A DNA stretch of 56,283 bases, the filler included, from Sphacelaria rigidula (Eukaryota), in the NCBI GenBank assembly GCA_964200075.2. It is 5 parts of 5 records of this genome, joined end to end, with 100 filler letters (N's around TTAATTAATTAA, not from the genome) between each part and the next. Parts side by side here need not be neighbours in the genome. Positions count along the whole stretch, not along the records: positions 11,280 to 22,457 come from CAXNAA020005281.1; positions 22,558 to 33,735 come from CAXNAA020005282.1; 3 more parts are not named here. One strand, written 5' to 3'. Under the pieces are notes generated by a model. It saw nothing but the letters and a program-made list of their open reading frames with translations. It was not told where the DNA came from and ran no database searches. This document shows positions 12,041 to 24,615 of this stretch, in pieces. A program made the position numbers and the translations under genes. How positions within the stretch are numbered: the first letter of the stretch is position 1; every line of letters starts with the position of its first letter.

Positions 12041-13825
12041 CCCAACTCTTCTGGGAGCATTTGTAATTTATTTTGCAACAATTTCAGAGGAGTTTTTTTT
12101 TCTTTGTCATCATGGTGAACGGGCACAAAATACACAACCACGGCAACGAAAAAAAAAGCCGTTTAGAATGATTGCAAAACAAAAGCCTAAACGCTCCCAT
12201 AAGAGTTGGCCTAAGAAGCGGCCTTATGCGCATTTTTTTCTCTTCAAGCTGGACGTTACGTTCGATGAGGGATGCCGTCAGGAACCGCTTCAAAAAGGAA
12301 ACGAAGAAGGCGCATGAGGCGCGCATATTTAATCAAAATACGGACAAATCTGCACATAGTTTTCACCTTCTAGCACAAAAAAAGTGAAATGAAACGCATA
12401 CAAGAAAATGCACATATGAAGCGAAAGCCTCGTCAGTGTAGCCAGGCTGAATCGGGGGCGTATCCCTCCTCACGATGGATATGCATCTCACCGGTAAGAG
12501 CGCGTCTGGCCTCTGGGAGCAGGTCAGCGAATGGGCACATGTTCACGTGGGTGCAAAAAAGGTCAGACAAGGCCAGGGGCCTCGCAACAGTCGGTGAGCC
12601 CATAGCTCGCGTGGACATCACTCGGTTGACCCTATGGAAGAGTCGACCCACGCTATCCCGCCTACATGCCTCATAGAAGCTCCCGTATGGAACGAGATGG
12701 ATAGGGTGCCGCTATGGCCGATGTGCAACGTAGGGGTATGGCGAGAGCTAGACGCGCTCCTATACGCTCCTTTCATTGCTGACTCTATGCGCCCGCAGCT
12801 TCCCATCTCCTCATCCGCAATGCTGAACGTGACCCTCACAGTCCTCGTTGCATCTGAGCTGGTCCACCTGGCGTTCATGGGTGGATAACTGCTCCAGACG
12901 TCCCCTCATATCGCGGGGTGAGCACTGTGGAGGACATCTCATATACCCGGTCCGGTCGAGATGGAGTGAACCCCCCCCCCCACAAATGATCCTGACAGAT
13001 GACAGGTCAACGCGGGAGTTTTCACTGCTGTGTGTGTTTTGGTTTTTTCTTCAGTTTATTCCTGGCACGCCCCATCACTCGAATTGGACTATTGCTTCGA
13101 TAGTCAACACTACTGCAGCAGACAACTCGTGGTGGACATGGGGGGTGTTTCATGCAATGATGAATATCACGTTGACCCACCATCGGCCGTGAGCAAACTA
13201 CTTTGCCCCTGAGTTAATCAGATCGGACTGTGGGCTTCGGTGTGTGGGAACTTGTGTGTGGAAAAGTCGTTCTGGACTTTTTTTAGATAACTCGCGTCGT
13301 TGGTGCAGTACGGAAACATGACTTGGTGGCCCCCAAGGTGGTGCATTGGAGAGATTTGACACGGGCGTGCGGAGGAAGTACACATGCGGCTCTGAGGCCC
13401 GATGCCCTTCGACTAAGAAGAATATGGATGGCTCGAGCGGTCAGCAAGTGCGTTGTGACTAATGATGATTATATTCCGTTTGCTTCTCTTATGAATGTGA
13501 CATGTTTTATACCAATATGAAAATCAAATGTGGCGCAACGCAAATCCAACCTCCGTGACTGACCTATTTGTTTCCATCGACCAGTGTACGATTGGCCTCA
13601 CATTAGCCTAGATTGTTCATGGTTGTACTCGTTCCACAAACCGCAGATCCCGCTACGCTCCGATCTTTCACACTTCGTGGACATTTTGACCGCGAGGTTG
13701 AGCTCACCTGCTGAATCGCCATCAGTTTCACTTGAAAAAAGTGTCTGATCCACATGGGCTACCCGCGTCGCAGCGGAAGGGTGACGTTAGTCCGCCACAT
13801 GGGTGAGAATTTTTTCGGAAATTTA

Positions 13826-14075
13826 CAGGGCTTTACACGTTACACGTTCACGTCCACGCTACGTTTATCACGTGAAAAACATAACGTTTACGTTAGGTGA
13901 CGTGTGTCACGTAAAAAAATATAACGTTATGTTAACGTTACATTTTAAAACTCAAGATTAAGTTCACGTTACGTTCATCAGGTGAAAAAAAATCAACGTT
14001 CACGTTACGTTTCGGCCAAAGCGTAATGTGAACATAACGTGTAACGCTATGGCACGTGTAATGTGTAAAGCCCTG
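13826..14075. mobile_element. hAT-type MITE, 250 bp
   Basis: TIR CAGGGCTTTACAC / GTGTAAAGCCCTG with a perfect 8-bp TSD GAAATTTA (13818-13825, 14076-14083). Interior is rich in ACGT(T). Confidence 0.9.
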
Positions 14076-14103
14076 GAAATTTACTGTTTCGAAGAAACTG
14101 TAA

Positions 14104-14240
14104 CACTAACACTAGCCCTAACCCCAACGAAGGCACACTAAGAATCCTCGGGCAAGTGGGCGCGGAGTGTCTTGTAGGTAAAGTGTGCGTTGCCGGACTT
14201 CAAATCGGCGCCGATTTCGACTAAAACGCGTTCTGCGTCC
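14104..14240 (+). repeat. Dispersed repeat with CCCTAA-like hexamers (copy 1)
   Basis: CTCGGGCAAG..GTGTGCGTTGCC..TCAAATCGGCGCC is shared with 20394-20550 and, inverted, with 51655-51790. Confidence 0.7.
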
Positions 14241-15965
14241 GCAAGGAGCTAGGAGCACGCTTTGAGCACAGCCTCCCTAACCCTTTTGGGACCGGGCCTC
14301 CAAAACGATCAGTGAGGCTGACCAGGAATGACGTGTCTGGTGTCGGCACGAAACAGAGACGTTGCTGAAAGTCCGCGTATGTAACTGCAGGGTTATGACG
14401 AAGAAATGAAGTTTCATCCAATTTATTTTCAGGTGCAGGGTGCGCATTAGGTGATGTACATCTGATCTAGCAAGCAGTATGGGTCGTGGTGAAGAGCTTC
14501 CAACAAAATGCGGCGACCGGCGGGCCGCCCGCCACTTGTGGCTTTGGATGACACTTTTATCTCCATGACCTTCCCGCGCAGCCCTTTGAGGTCGGGGTGG
14601 GCCGCCATTTTGCTCTTTGTTGCATGCGACAACAACTTGTCTTCGAAGGGTATCGGCATTGCGGGTTGCGTATGCATACAACAGTATGCATACAACAATA
14701 AAGTACAGTGCAGTGTAGTACGCCTCTCCGACCGAAGCAGCAGTTGCCGTTGCATACTCCCTTGCACGTTCTGGGCAGTTCTCAGCTACCGATATCAGCT
14801 GCCTATATACCGCTTCTTCATCCGCGCCCACTACATACGTGTTAACTGCACACTGCAAGTCATCGGCAGAGGGATCGGTAGAATTCATGACGGTAGCTCC
14901 TTTTGTCTTTCCACTGCCCGCCTGGGTTTAGTGCGTCGTGAAGATGACCACATTTCTATTTTTTTTCCGCTTAACCCTGTATTGGTGTAATCACCACGTT
15001 TGATGTGACACGGCGGTACGTACATGGAGGCGAGAGTATCACAGAAAAAAGCGAAATATCTGATGTATGCGGGAGTATACCTGACATTATTTTGTTTCGT
15101 ACAGGTCAGATATCAGATGATATCATCATCATACTGGTCAGATCCCAGGTGATGGAATATCAGTCTTAAAAAAAAAAAAAAAGAAGCAAGTCAACTGCCA
15201 AGATTCCCGCAAACAAAAATCATACGCACCTCATTTATCTTCGGACTGTTTAGCAGGGTTTAGCACTTTACTTTCAGTACAAATCAAGAGTTATTTTGCT
15301 TGTGGATTCCTCCGCCGTCTGTTGTAACCAGCCTGAAACTTGGCACAGAGGTGGACCACAACACAGACAGCATACTCCCGGAGCGGCGGCACGTTTTACG
15401 TGGTGCGCTAGTTGCTCGAAGCAAAATACGGATTTTGGGCAATGCCATCGATACGCCCTCGAAACGCAGTCTCCTCGGCCCAGCCTGCGTGAGACGTCAG
15501 TGGATGCATATGTTGACACGCAGCCACGCTTACTTCCTGCTGGTTGGCTCCTGCCCCGGCAAACGAACACATCGATCCGTATTGCGCACACTCTGGATGA
15601 TGTCATTCTATGCGGTATCTATCTTGGTATCTCCTGTAGAGGTGCTCATTTCAGGAGACACGGCCGTGCAAGCGCTGTTGGCGCTTTCACGTCTTGAAAC
15701 TTCGACCACATGTCATGCAGACTACAGACAACAACCCCATGATGCTGAATCTGGGGTTGCGCGGTGTGTGCGTGCGTATTGGGGCGAAAAGATGTCGGAC
15801 TCTGTTCCGATTTTTTTCTTTTTCTTTGGGCGTAAGACCGATATAGGCTAGATATGACGTGATATATAGTGATATATGTAGTATATAAAAGTATGTTTAT
15901 CACTATATATCACACTTACCTCAGCCTGGCCTTACCTCAGCCTACACTCTGACTGATGACTGCAG

Positions 15966-16171
15966 GTGCGGCAGGCTTCACCAACTTGTCATACGGCGAT
16001 GGCCCCATCATTGACGATGAGACGATTACTAAGTACTCGGATCTTTCTGAGGAGGACATGAAGGATCTGTTCATGCAATTCGTGACCAAATTCGGGAAGG
16101 TGTACAAGGACGAAGATGAGGCTAAGATGCGGCTGGCGATCTTCCGAAAAAATCTGAAAGACATTGATCAG
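15966..16171 (+). CDS. Protease exon: I29 propeptide
   Basis: TGCAG acceptor and CAG|GTGCGG donor; encodes [30 protein letters not shown]. Confidence 0.85.
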
Positions 16172-16315
16172 GTGCGGGCGTGGGGATATTGGGGGGGGGG
16201 GGGGGGGGGAGGTGCGGGGGCCTTTTTTTTTTCAAGCTGGGTCGGGGGGGCCGGCCCTCCCCNNNNNNNNNNGGGGGGGGGGGGGGGGGGCGGGTGGCCA
16301 CAAAAAAAAAAAAGA

Positions 16316-16370
<55 letters not shown>

Positions 16371-19300
16371 AGATGCGAAGTCCATTCTTATTTCAACATC
16401 GGTCTCTGGTGCCAGACCTCCGCTCGCAAAAGTATCACAGGCCGAATGGTGTCGGCAGCCTAACATGATTGATCAGTCAAGGTTGAGGGTTTTGTTGCAG
16501 TCTGAAGTAGCTTGTGCGTGTGCGACGCTCATGGCGAACAGGATGGCTACGCCCTGCGCACGCCTTAATATCCCTCCAGCGTTGACGTTGATGATGACAA
16601 CGGCGGAAATACATACGCGATTCAGAGCAGCTATCCAGTTGTGGTGTTGGAGCATGACCAGGGGAGAGGACGAGCTATTTTCGTGACGAAAGTGTGGCGG
16701 GCTCGGACCCCCTTTGTTTACATAGACCTTGTTGTCTCTTTTGTCAACATATGTGATTCCGAACTTCAGGCAAAATGAGGAAAAAACGGTATGCGGGCGT
16801 ATGGGCTTTGGAGTTGGTGTAACTTTATGCCACGCGCGTAGATTGTGAATTTGATCTGAGTCTTGGGAGGATGAGCGTCAGACCGTTATGATGGGTCTAG
16901 AAGTGATATAGGGTGGTTTACGCCCATCACGCAAAATGATGTTATCCACAAATGCCTTTTCACAATACCTGCACTAAAGTCGCATACATGATATCATACC
17001 ACACGCCCTGGGCAACTAAAAAGCGTGATCATAGTTGAGAGTTTCTCCATTCTCTACCAGATGCCGGGGTCCCAATGTAAAAACCCTCGGAAGGCGGTAC
17101 CAATGCCCAACAGAAGATGATTCGTCCCCCGGTAGTCCAAGGAAGATCAGTATAAAGTTTGGCCGAAAAATTCGACAGCCTCATACACTTTTCCTCGCCT
17201 TTACCCTTTTGGTACTTGTACTGAAAAGAATTATATTTCGAGGCGCCGTTTTTTAACGATATATGTTTTTAATACAGCTTTCACGCGAAACTACAGTGGT
17301 GGGCGGTCTAACTATTCATTTCGTGACATTTGTGATTTTTTCGTAATCGGTGATTTTCTTGAGCTCTTTCCGCTTGCCAAGCCTTATTATATCGGGGGTC
17401 TTGAGATATTTGTGTCCGCTCCACATTCTAAAAAGAAGAAATCATTTGTACTCAATATTGAGTGACTACGGGCTGAGCGGTCATCGGGGGTCCTGCCACG
17501 TTTCAGCCCAGATTCCTACTCTTCTGTATTTTTGGTCGATCAAGCCCGTTCCGATCATATTTGTAAAAAAATGTATAGTTTAACTTTTTTCAAATTCTGC
17601 CTACTCGGTTCACTAGAACCGAAAAACTGTGTTTCACGGTCGATAACACCCTCCTGATGAACGGGGTGTTTACTCGTTTCGCCCGATAACACCAACTAAC
17701 ACTGACTTGGGCGCTGTGTTTTGAAGATGACCTGTTTTGTTGTACCAAAGCCTACCGACGCTAGCAATTTCGAGTCCTATCGAAGAATAGCACGAGAGGA
17801 AAACCCCAAAACACCCCGAAACAGTAAGACCGCCCACCACTGTACATTATCAGCCGGAGTCGTGATTTTCAGATCCACATCAAAACGCGCCCCAGCGCCG
17901 ATTGTTGTCTGTGTAAACTTGAGCGACGCAGACGTTGAATTTGATCGTGTTCACAAACTTACACAAACTTTGACAAATCTAATCTGACTGTACCGGGGTA
18001 ATACTTTTGATGGCGTGCATGACGTATGCTGGTGGATTCTTTTGTGTCCTTCCGCTGTGAAAATGATTGCCGTCGGTCTCTTCTGTCCCCATCTTTCCTT
18101 CATTAGGGCTTGATATAATGAGGCTTCTGGCCCGGGGACGGAAGGGGGGGGGGGGGGGGGGGGGGGGTTTTTTTTTTTTTTTGTCTTGGGTTTGGCTGAA
18201 TTGAACCGCCACTTCTTTGAGGATGGAGCCCTTNNNNNNNNNNGCGTGCTGAGATCGCCAAAGCGAGCGGTGCGCGCTCGCAGGATGGCGGTGGCGGCCC
18301 GGGGGCTGGGGGGGGTTCCAAAGGGTTGCTGTTCAATATACCCCCAAAGGAGGTGTTCATACTGAAACCAAGTAGTTGAGGGCTTGCACGTTTCAAGCTC
18401 ACGTCATCGCACAAACGCGCAAAACTTCACGCTGTATATAGGAGTCAGACCCTTGAACGTCGCACAACTTTGTTATGGCTCATTACGAAACTTCCCATGG
18501 AGTTTTTTTTTGTCGTCAACTTTTTTGCCGTTCTTCGGGAGTCTGATGGGATCCAAGTTTCCCCAAAACTGTGGGACTCCAAAATACCGTGAAAAAAGTA
18601 GGTACAAAAAAGCTCGGCCTCCGAAAGTTGAGTAATGACTGCAGCAAAATTGCGCGAACATTCAGGGTCCAACTCCTGTAAACGGCGTGAATGTTTTGCG
18701 GATGATTCTTTTTAGGTTGAGCGTGAGTCAGCCTGTATGTAATCTAAGGCATCACTCGAAATATGCCGACGACCCGTGGTGTATGAGCATGTATCGACCG
18801 AACAATATCCTTTGCGCAATATGCCGATTGGTTCGTGTTTTGCCAACCGACATGTGACCCCGACGCCGGAATGTAATGTATGTTGGTCGTACAATATTAT
18901 GGACATTCCCCTCTACTCTACAACGCAACCCACCCTACCGTCGACACGATGTGTCCGTATGCTTCGTGTGCTGACCAACCACCCTGATGCTGCCTTGTGT
19001 TATATAGCCTACTGTCACACCAAAACTTGGCCTACTTGCAGCAGCCTCAACTTGCACACCCGCCTATCCGACACCTTTCCGATACAAACATGGCCAAATT
19101 GCGCTACACTCGACCGCAGCGCAACGAAGGTAGCTTCCACGCACGCCATGGAGTGACGGCATGGACAGACTTGACGTTCGACGAGTTCAAATCGTTCCAG
19201 AACAACGGCAAGGTGTCGCAAGCCGCCAAGGATTTCGGTAGATCTCGCTCTCGGGGACTGATGGATGCGGCAAAAGACGGTGGCTGTCAGGCGTGCGTCC

Positions 19301-21731
19301 GTTTCCCCGAGCTCGAGAAGTATGTCACTGGCAAATTGCCGGAAAGCTTTGACTGGAGAGATTACGGAGCTGTGACCAAAGTGAAGAACCAGGTGTGTTT
19401 ATTTCCGGAGAGTTCAGAGATTTTGCTGTCGTAAGCAGGGACGGGCTCGAGGGTGGGGGTGGGGGCGGGGGCGGGTGTAAGACTGCAGTGCAGATTGTTT
19501 ATTGAAATCTTTGAATTGCGTGTTGTGTGTGTACACAGTAACGGCGTTCGGTTCTCGGTGAGGATTTGAAACTGTGCATCGGTGGGTGTGGACAAGTCTG
19601 TGCGTCAGTGATGGCTCGTATGAGGTACAAATCTTTCTCGAGAGGACGAGCAGTTAATGGTGACGTCCCCCCCCCCCCCCCTCAAACATATTTGCATGGC
19701 CCGAAGGACGCGGCGAAAAAATTGAAACTGCGATTTCGGGTGGGAGACCTGGACCTGCCATGAAGAAGGAAGATATATACCAATGGTCGAAAGGAGGGGG
19801 AAGTAGATGGACAGAATTGCCGCTGAGGCAAAGCAATAGAGAGCAGAAGTCATGTAGTGGCAAAATGTGAACTATACAGGGAGGAACGGGACGCGCTAGA
19901 AAGGGGAATGCGGGACGTGAACGATGGTAGCATGGAATCGTTTGATGCGGTAGACAGTGAGGAGGAAGCGATGGCTATACTAGGGGATAGATGGTGGCCA
20001 CAGACGGCGAAACGGGACGGGGACGAGATATGCGAAAGGTTTCGTGTAATGTACGGAAGAAACGTGATGAGCGCTCAAATGTTGGAGGTGTCCCTATCGG
20101 GAATGGAAACGGTGCTCCGTCTCGAAAGGGATGCGTGGTCAATGGTCAAACGACTAAGGCAACCAACAAATGGGTAAGCCACCCCCCCCCCTCGTCCATG
20201 CAGATCACCCGCCATTCATAAATACGTCACGGCGCTTCGCGCTTCGTGATTGATGCGAGCCTGATCCAGCGAAAACCCAGCGCTCTCCGTCCTGGTTTGT
20301 ACGGATGCGAAGTTCAAGGTTGAATGACCACGGCATTCAAGGAGGCGACCTGAGGATTTGTACGTGAACAATGGTTGCTACTATGAAGATGCCGCCAACC
20401 CTAACGCTAACCCCAACCCCGACCCCGACCAAGGCATACCGAGAGCCCTCGGGCAAGGGGGTCCAGAGTGTTCCCTAGGCAAGGTGTGCGTTGCCAGAGC
20501 TCAAATCGGCGCCTTTCAGCCGATTTTGGACCAAAACACATTCTGGACGAACTGGGTCCACTGCTCACCTGCCCCAGACCATGGATTTTCTCAAAATTTT
20601 GTTCACCCTAAAATCAAGGAAAATCGAGTACCAATCCTCAGCTCTACTGCGTGCAAGATCATGAGTACACGCCCTCCCTCTCCCTCCGCCTCTCCTATCC
20701 CCCCATTTCCCATGTCCTATTTCCCCGCGCGCAGGCGTACTGCGGGTCATGCTGGTCCTTCAGTACGACAGGTTGTTTGGAGGGAGCCTGGTATCTAGCT
20801 GGACACGAGCTCAAGAGTTTGTCTGAGCAGCAGTTGGTCACGTGCGATACCGAGTGGAACCAGGGATGCAACGGAGGTTGGCCATCCCTGGCCATGCAGT
20901 ACATCGAGGATAACGGGGGTATCGTGCCTGAGGAAATCTACCCGTACAGAAAGGCGAGTCGAAGTATTCAACAGTTTGAGATGAGACAAAGGATGAACGG
21001 AGTTTTTCGTCGATCCTTGACCACACCCGTTTCCGTCGTGAACGCCACATGAAATAACAGAAATAGAGTTGCGACGTGACTCCACTTATGTGTGTGTGTG
21101 TTCATCGCATTGTCTTCGTTGTTTCATCACCGCCGCTACGTGTTCATGGAGGAGCACGTACAGATATTATAAGCACGGCAGGCAAGTTTTTATCGCTTTT
21201 GTTGAGCTCTTCGTGGACAGTGTAAAGACGTACATTCTGGCGGAACTTTGGCGGGTTTGCACAAACACAATTCGAGGTTGGTTCGAGGTTGTGCTGAGAA
21301 ACGTGGGGGGAACAAAGTGGAATGTGGACATCATTTTGGGCTTGTATTTTGTGCGATGGACTATGACTGAACTCACTTCGTGTGTGGAACAGATCGCGTC
21401 TGCCAGGAGTCTGTTGCACCAGGTGGTGGTGGAGGTGGTGCTATGCGAGGAGTTGAGTGATGAATGGTTTGCTTGCCCTTTTACTTTTTTTTACTCTCGA
21501 TAACGAATAAAACAGGTGTACATGGGCGGTAAACATGCGCACCCACCGGTGTGCGCAGATGTGGTGAAGGATGGAAACTATGCCGCTACCGTCAGCATCG
21601 AGGTGGAAGTGGCCGAGGATACAATGGACGAAGAAGAAATGGCCAGGTGGCTGATCCTAAATGGTCCTTTGTCGGTGGCGCTGGATGCCACCGGCATGGA
21701 GTACTACGAAGAGGGTATCGACATGGGCGAG
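15966..21731 (+). CDS. Papain-family (C1A) cysteine protease, cathepsin F/RD19-like; partial, 4 exons
   Basis: Phase-compatible exons 15966-16171, 19120-19392, 20735-20953 and 21516-21731. They encode an I29 propeptide with ERFNIN ([20 protein letters not shown]), [36 protein letters not shown] and GPLSVALDA. The first exon and the catalytic His/Asn exons were not found. Confidence 0.93.
19120..19392 (+). CDS. Protease exon: propeptide end and mature N-terminus
   Basis: CGCAG acceptor and CAG|GTGTGT donor, 91 codons; encodes [10 protein letters not shown] and [19 protein letters not shown]. Confidence 0.92.
19684..20181 (+). mobile_element. 5'-truncated LINE 3' end inside a protease intron
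   Basis: Homologous to 34726-35227 ([18 protein letters not shown]-terminal C..H..C). Flanked by C15TC on the left and C10TC on the right. Confidence 0.85.
20394..20550 (+). repeat. Dispersed repeat with CCCTAA-like hexamers (copy 2)
   Basis: Homologous to 14104-14240. Confidence 0.7.
20735..20953 (+). CDS. Protease exon: catalytic Cys
   Basis: GCAG acceptor; encodes AYCGSCW..YPYRK; ends at a GC donor AAG|GCGAGT; 73 codons. Confidence 0.9.
21516..21731 (+). CDS. Protease exon
   Basis: AACAG acceptor and GAG|GTACGT donor, 72 codons; encodes [21 protein letters not shown]. Confidence 0.9.
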
Positions 21732-21770
21732 GTACGTGTGCAGACGGTGGGGAGCGTTGGGGGGCGGGGT

Positions 21771-21837
21771 TGTACTTATTTTTTGCTTGCCTTGGTCGTT
21801 TGACCGTTGACCACCCATCCCCTTTGAGACGGAGCAC
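21771..21837 (-). mobile_element. Tail-only (~67 nt) copy of the LINE 3' end
   Basis: Reverse complement of ~20113-20179, with a G-rich tract adjacent. Confidence 0.75.
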
Positions 21838-22457
21838 TTGCACACGGGCGTGATTTTAGCGCGGCGAACCATCCACTGGTGTGCTGGGTAGGGTAAGTAC
21901 CCGGGTACTTTACTCTGCCCGAAAATGTGTTGCGATGGTACGATCGCAGGAATCTACCCAACTATCCGGGTACTGTTGGGTGCCATCTTTTATAGTCCAC
22001 CCAAGTTTTGGCTGCTTCGAGTAAATTTTTTTGTGATGCCGACACGTAGGAATACCCTACCCCACACACTTTTTTTTCATCATCCGAGAGAAAGTATAGG
22101 TGGTTCGAACGTGGGGGGTTCCAATGTAAGTCAATATTAGTTTCTGTTCTTGGTCTCGAGCCGTGTCCGAGCACATGATTTTCGATCGAAAAAGTGCGGT
22201 GACTAACAAAAATCCCGATCTGAGGTAGTAATTTCTAATATCGTGGTTAATTTTGAAGATGGCTGAAATCACGATCGACCAGATCGTAATTTTTGTTTTC
22301 CGCCGCACTTACGATATGCTAACACATGACCTCGCTTCGAGCTTGAGAGAAAAATGAAGAGGGAGAGGGGGGGGGGGGGGGGGGGGTTTTTCGTTGTTTT
22401 TTCCTGCCTTAGAGGGGAAGAGAACACGTCGACACCCCATTCCGAGCCCCATCCTGT

Positions 22458-22557
22458 NNNNNNNNNNNNNNNNNNNNNNNNNNNNNNNNNNNNNNNNNNN
22501 NTTAATTAATTAANNNNNNNNNNNNNNNNNNNNNNNNNNNNNNNNNNNNNNNNNNNN
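22458..22557. other. Artificial scaffold spacer
   Basis: N44-TTAATTAATTAA-N44. Confidence 0.97.
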
Positions 22558-22624
22558 TTTAATCCTCCGGGTTCTCATCCTCAATCAAAAGCACCATCCT
22601 CAACATAGATGATTGGCTGTTTCG

Positions 22625-23430
22625 AGAAGAATAGAGTGCGGAGCGCGAACTACTTCCTTGACCATGCGTTCGCACGTACCGTTAGACCATGGAGAATACG
22701 CTACCGCAAACTGGTGATCAACGCGCAAAGCCTCTCGCAATCGGGTCAAGATCGCATTTTTGAGATGCGTGGAGGTATCACTCACTCACACACGGGGCAC
22801 TCCCAAAGTTTTGCACCAATTTAGCAAAGATGCAGCGGTCGACTCAGCAGTACACACTGCTACGGGTTCGAGAGCCACAAAGTTGCTCAAATCATCCATG
22901 ATTTCCAAAATATGTCGGAACCCAGCATCCTCCGACAAACCTTGAGAAGCTAGCGGGCCACTCTCGCCCACGCACAAGAAGTCAAAATGAACGACTTCAT
23001 TCGGCGTGGTCCCATGGACCGTTTCGCCGAGCGGGCGGGGAACAACATCGCCCGCCCTCGAGTCAACACGGTGAAGACACTGGCGGACAAATTCGTGCAC
23101 ATGAGTTTTTATCCTCTGCCAGACACAAAACTCTTGCAAGCGCACGAGCGTCGCAGCCACACCATGATGCCCGGCGTCGCGCATGTGCGCGCAAATCATT
23201 AGACGTACCTGCAACTGCATGTCAGAACTCGGAATCCACAAAACGTTTCGGCCACGCACATTCACACGAAACAGACCTTTATTGTTCAAGACAGCAATAC
23301 AAACGTCCGACTCGAAAGAGTGCACATCCGCATCTTCGGCAAAATCTTCTCGTGGCGCTTGGCGGACAACAGATTTGGACGGCATCGAGCCATCAGGTTG
23401 ACATGGATCATACACAGCCACAGCGCGCAC
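22625..23430 (-). pseudogene. Gypsy integrase (frameshifted, 3'-truncated)
   Basis: ORFs 22786-23496 and 22600-22785 encode AHMRDAGHHGVAAT..W..VRQCLHR, VVHFDFL, IMDDLSNFV and AYSPWSNGTCERMVKEV. Confidence 0.9.
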
Positions 23431-24615
23431 AGGCAATTGAATTTCAGCTGTAGGCACCTCCCATGAGCAAACTACCCCAATGGCTCTTAGATGCATCCGG
23501 AAACATAAACACCTGACAACCAGGACGAGGATAGAGCAGCGTCAAGGCATGAGCCACCAGATCCTTCGCTGCCGCCCACGCCTGCAGCCTGCCCTCCGTC
23601 CACGATGTAGCCTTCTTCGGAAACGCCATATCTGGACTGGACCACCCCGCTTGCAAATTCCGTAACACCAACCCGAGCGCCAAAAGAGCCGCCATGCACA
23701 ACGCCAGCCAACTCGACTTCACGGGATCGTACCGCCGCGGCTTCGTCTTCGCCGCGGACGCGCCCCAGGTTTTGGCTGAACACGCATGGGCTTCACGCGC
23801 GCAGGGGGATCACCCCGCAGCGCACGACAAAACGCGTTGACGCGGCAATGCAATATGCCGCGCAGCCGCTCCGTTTTTGAGACGCTGAGGCCCTTTGCCA
23901 CAGCATCCGCCACGCTCTCCTCTAGCGCGACCTTCCGAGCGGACTCCTCTTCCGCTCGGTCCATGAACATATACGGTCCGCGCTCTACTAAGCGTTCCAC
24001 CGCCGCATCCCGCTCCTCGGTCACCTCCCTCCCAGTCTCCTGAAAAACATCCACCGACAAGCTCACGCGACGACAGCCCAAAAAGGCGGCCGTCTTCACG
24101 TGCGGACCAGGCGGAGACAGCCGCGTATTGATGGAGCCCTTCGACCGCTCATACGGGTCGACTCCTAGAATATGTAGCGTCGGCAGCCCCAGAAGAACAA
24201 CGCCATCCGACCCTGGCATAATCGCAAACGAGTTCGGAGGCAACGGCGCCAGCTTCCAAGCAGTCTCGGAGGCTAGCTGCAACGGAACAGTACGCTCCGT
24301 GACTGAAAAGTGCTGACCTGACGCGGTGACTGCCTGCCGCGCCCCGAGCGAAAACGGGATGCGCAGCGGCACACTCGGGAGTCGTCGCTCCAGCATCTCA
24401 ACCATCTGCACCGGCAGACTAGTAAAGTGGACCCCAGAATCCAACACAGACCGAACCACAATGGCTCCACGCTGCCCTTGATTCGGAAGACATAACTCCG
24501 CCGGAATGTATCTGTCGGCAAGCTCCACAGTAACTTCTTCCGCTGACCGATGCGCCGCTAATCCCACTTGACGCCAATGCTGCGCAAGCTGCGCAGGCGG
24601 AGACGCCCCGGTAGG

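Noticed and set aside
12389-12900. GC-richer block with several short ORFs
   Set aside because: No motif recognised and no exon chain found.
14221-14990. Overlapping 100-200 aa ORFs with coding-like composition
   Set aside because: No recognisable domain or consistent splice sites. It may be a decayed TE gene but I cannot support a call.
16172-16370. Gly-rich and Pro-rich ORFs
   Set aside because: These are poly-G, low-quality sequence with Ns inside a protease intron.
21732-22457. Protease as a catalytically dead pseudogene
   Set aside because: All four exons are intact, and the missing His/Asn exons are explained by the scaffold ending.
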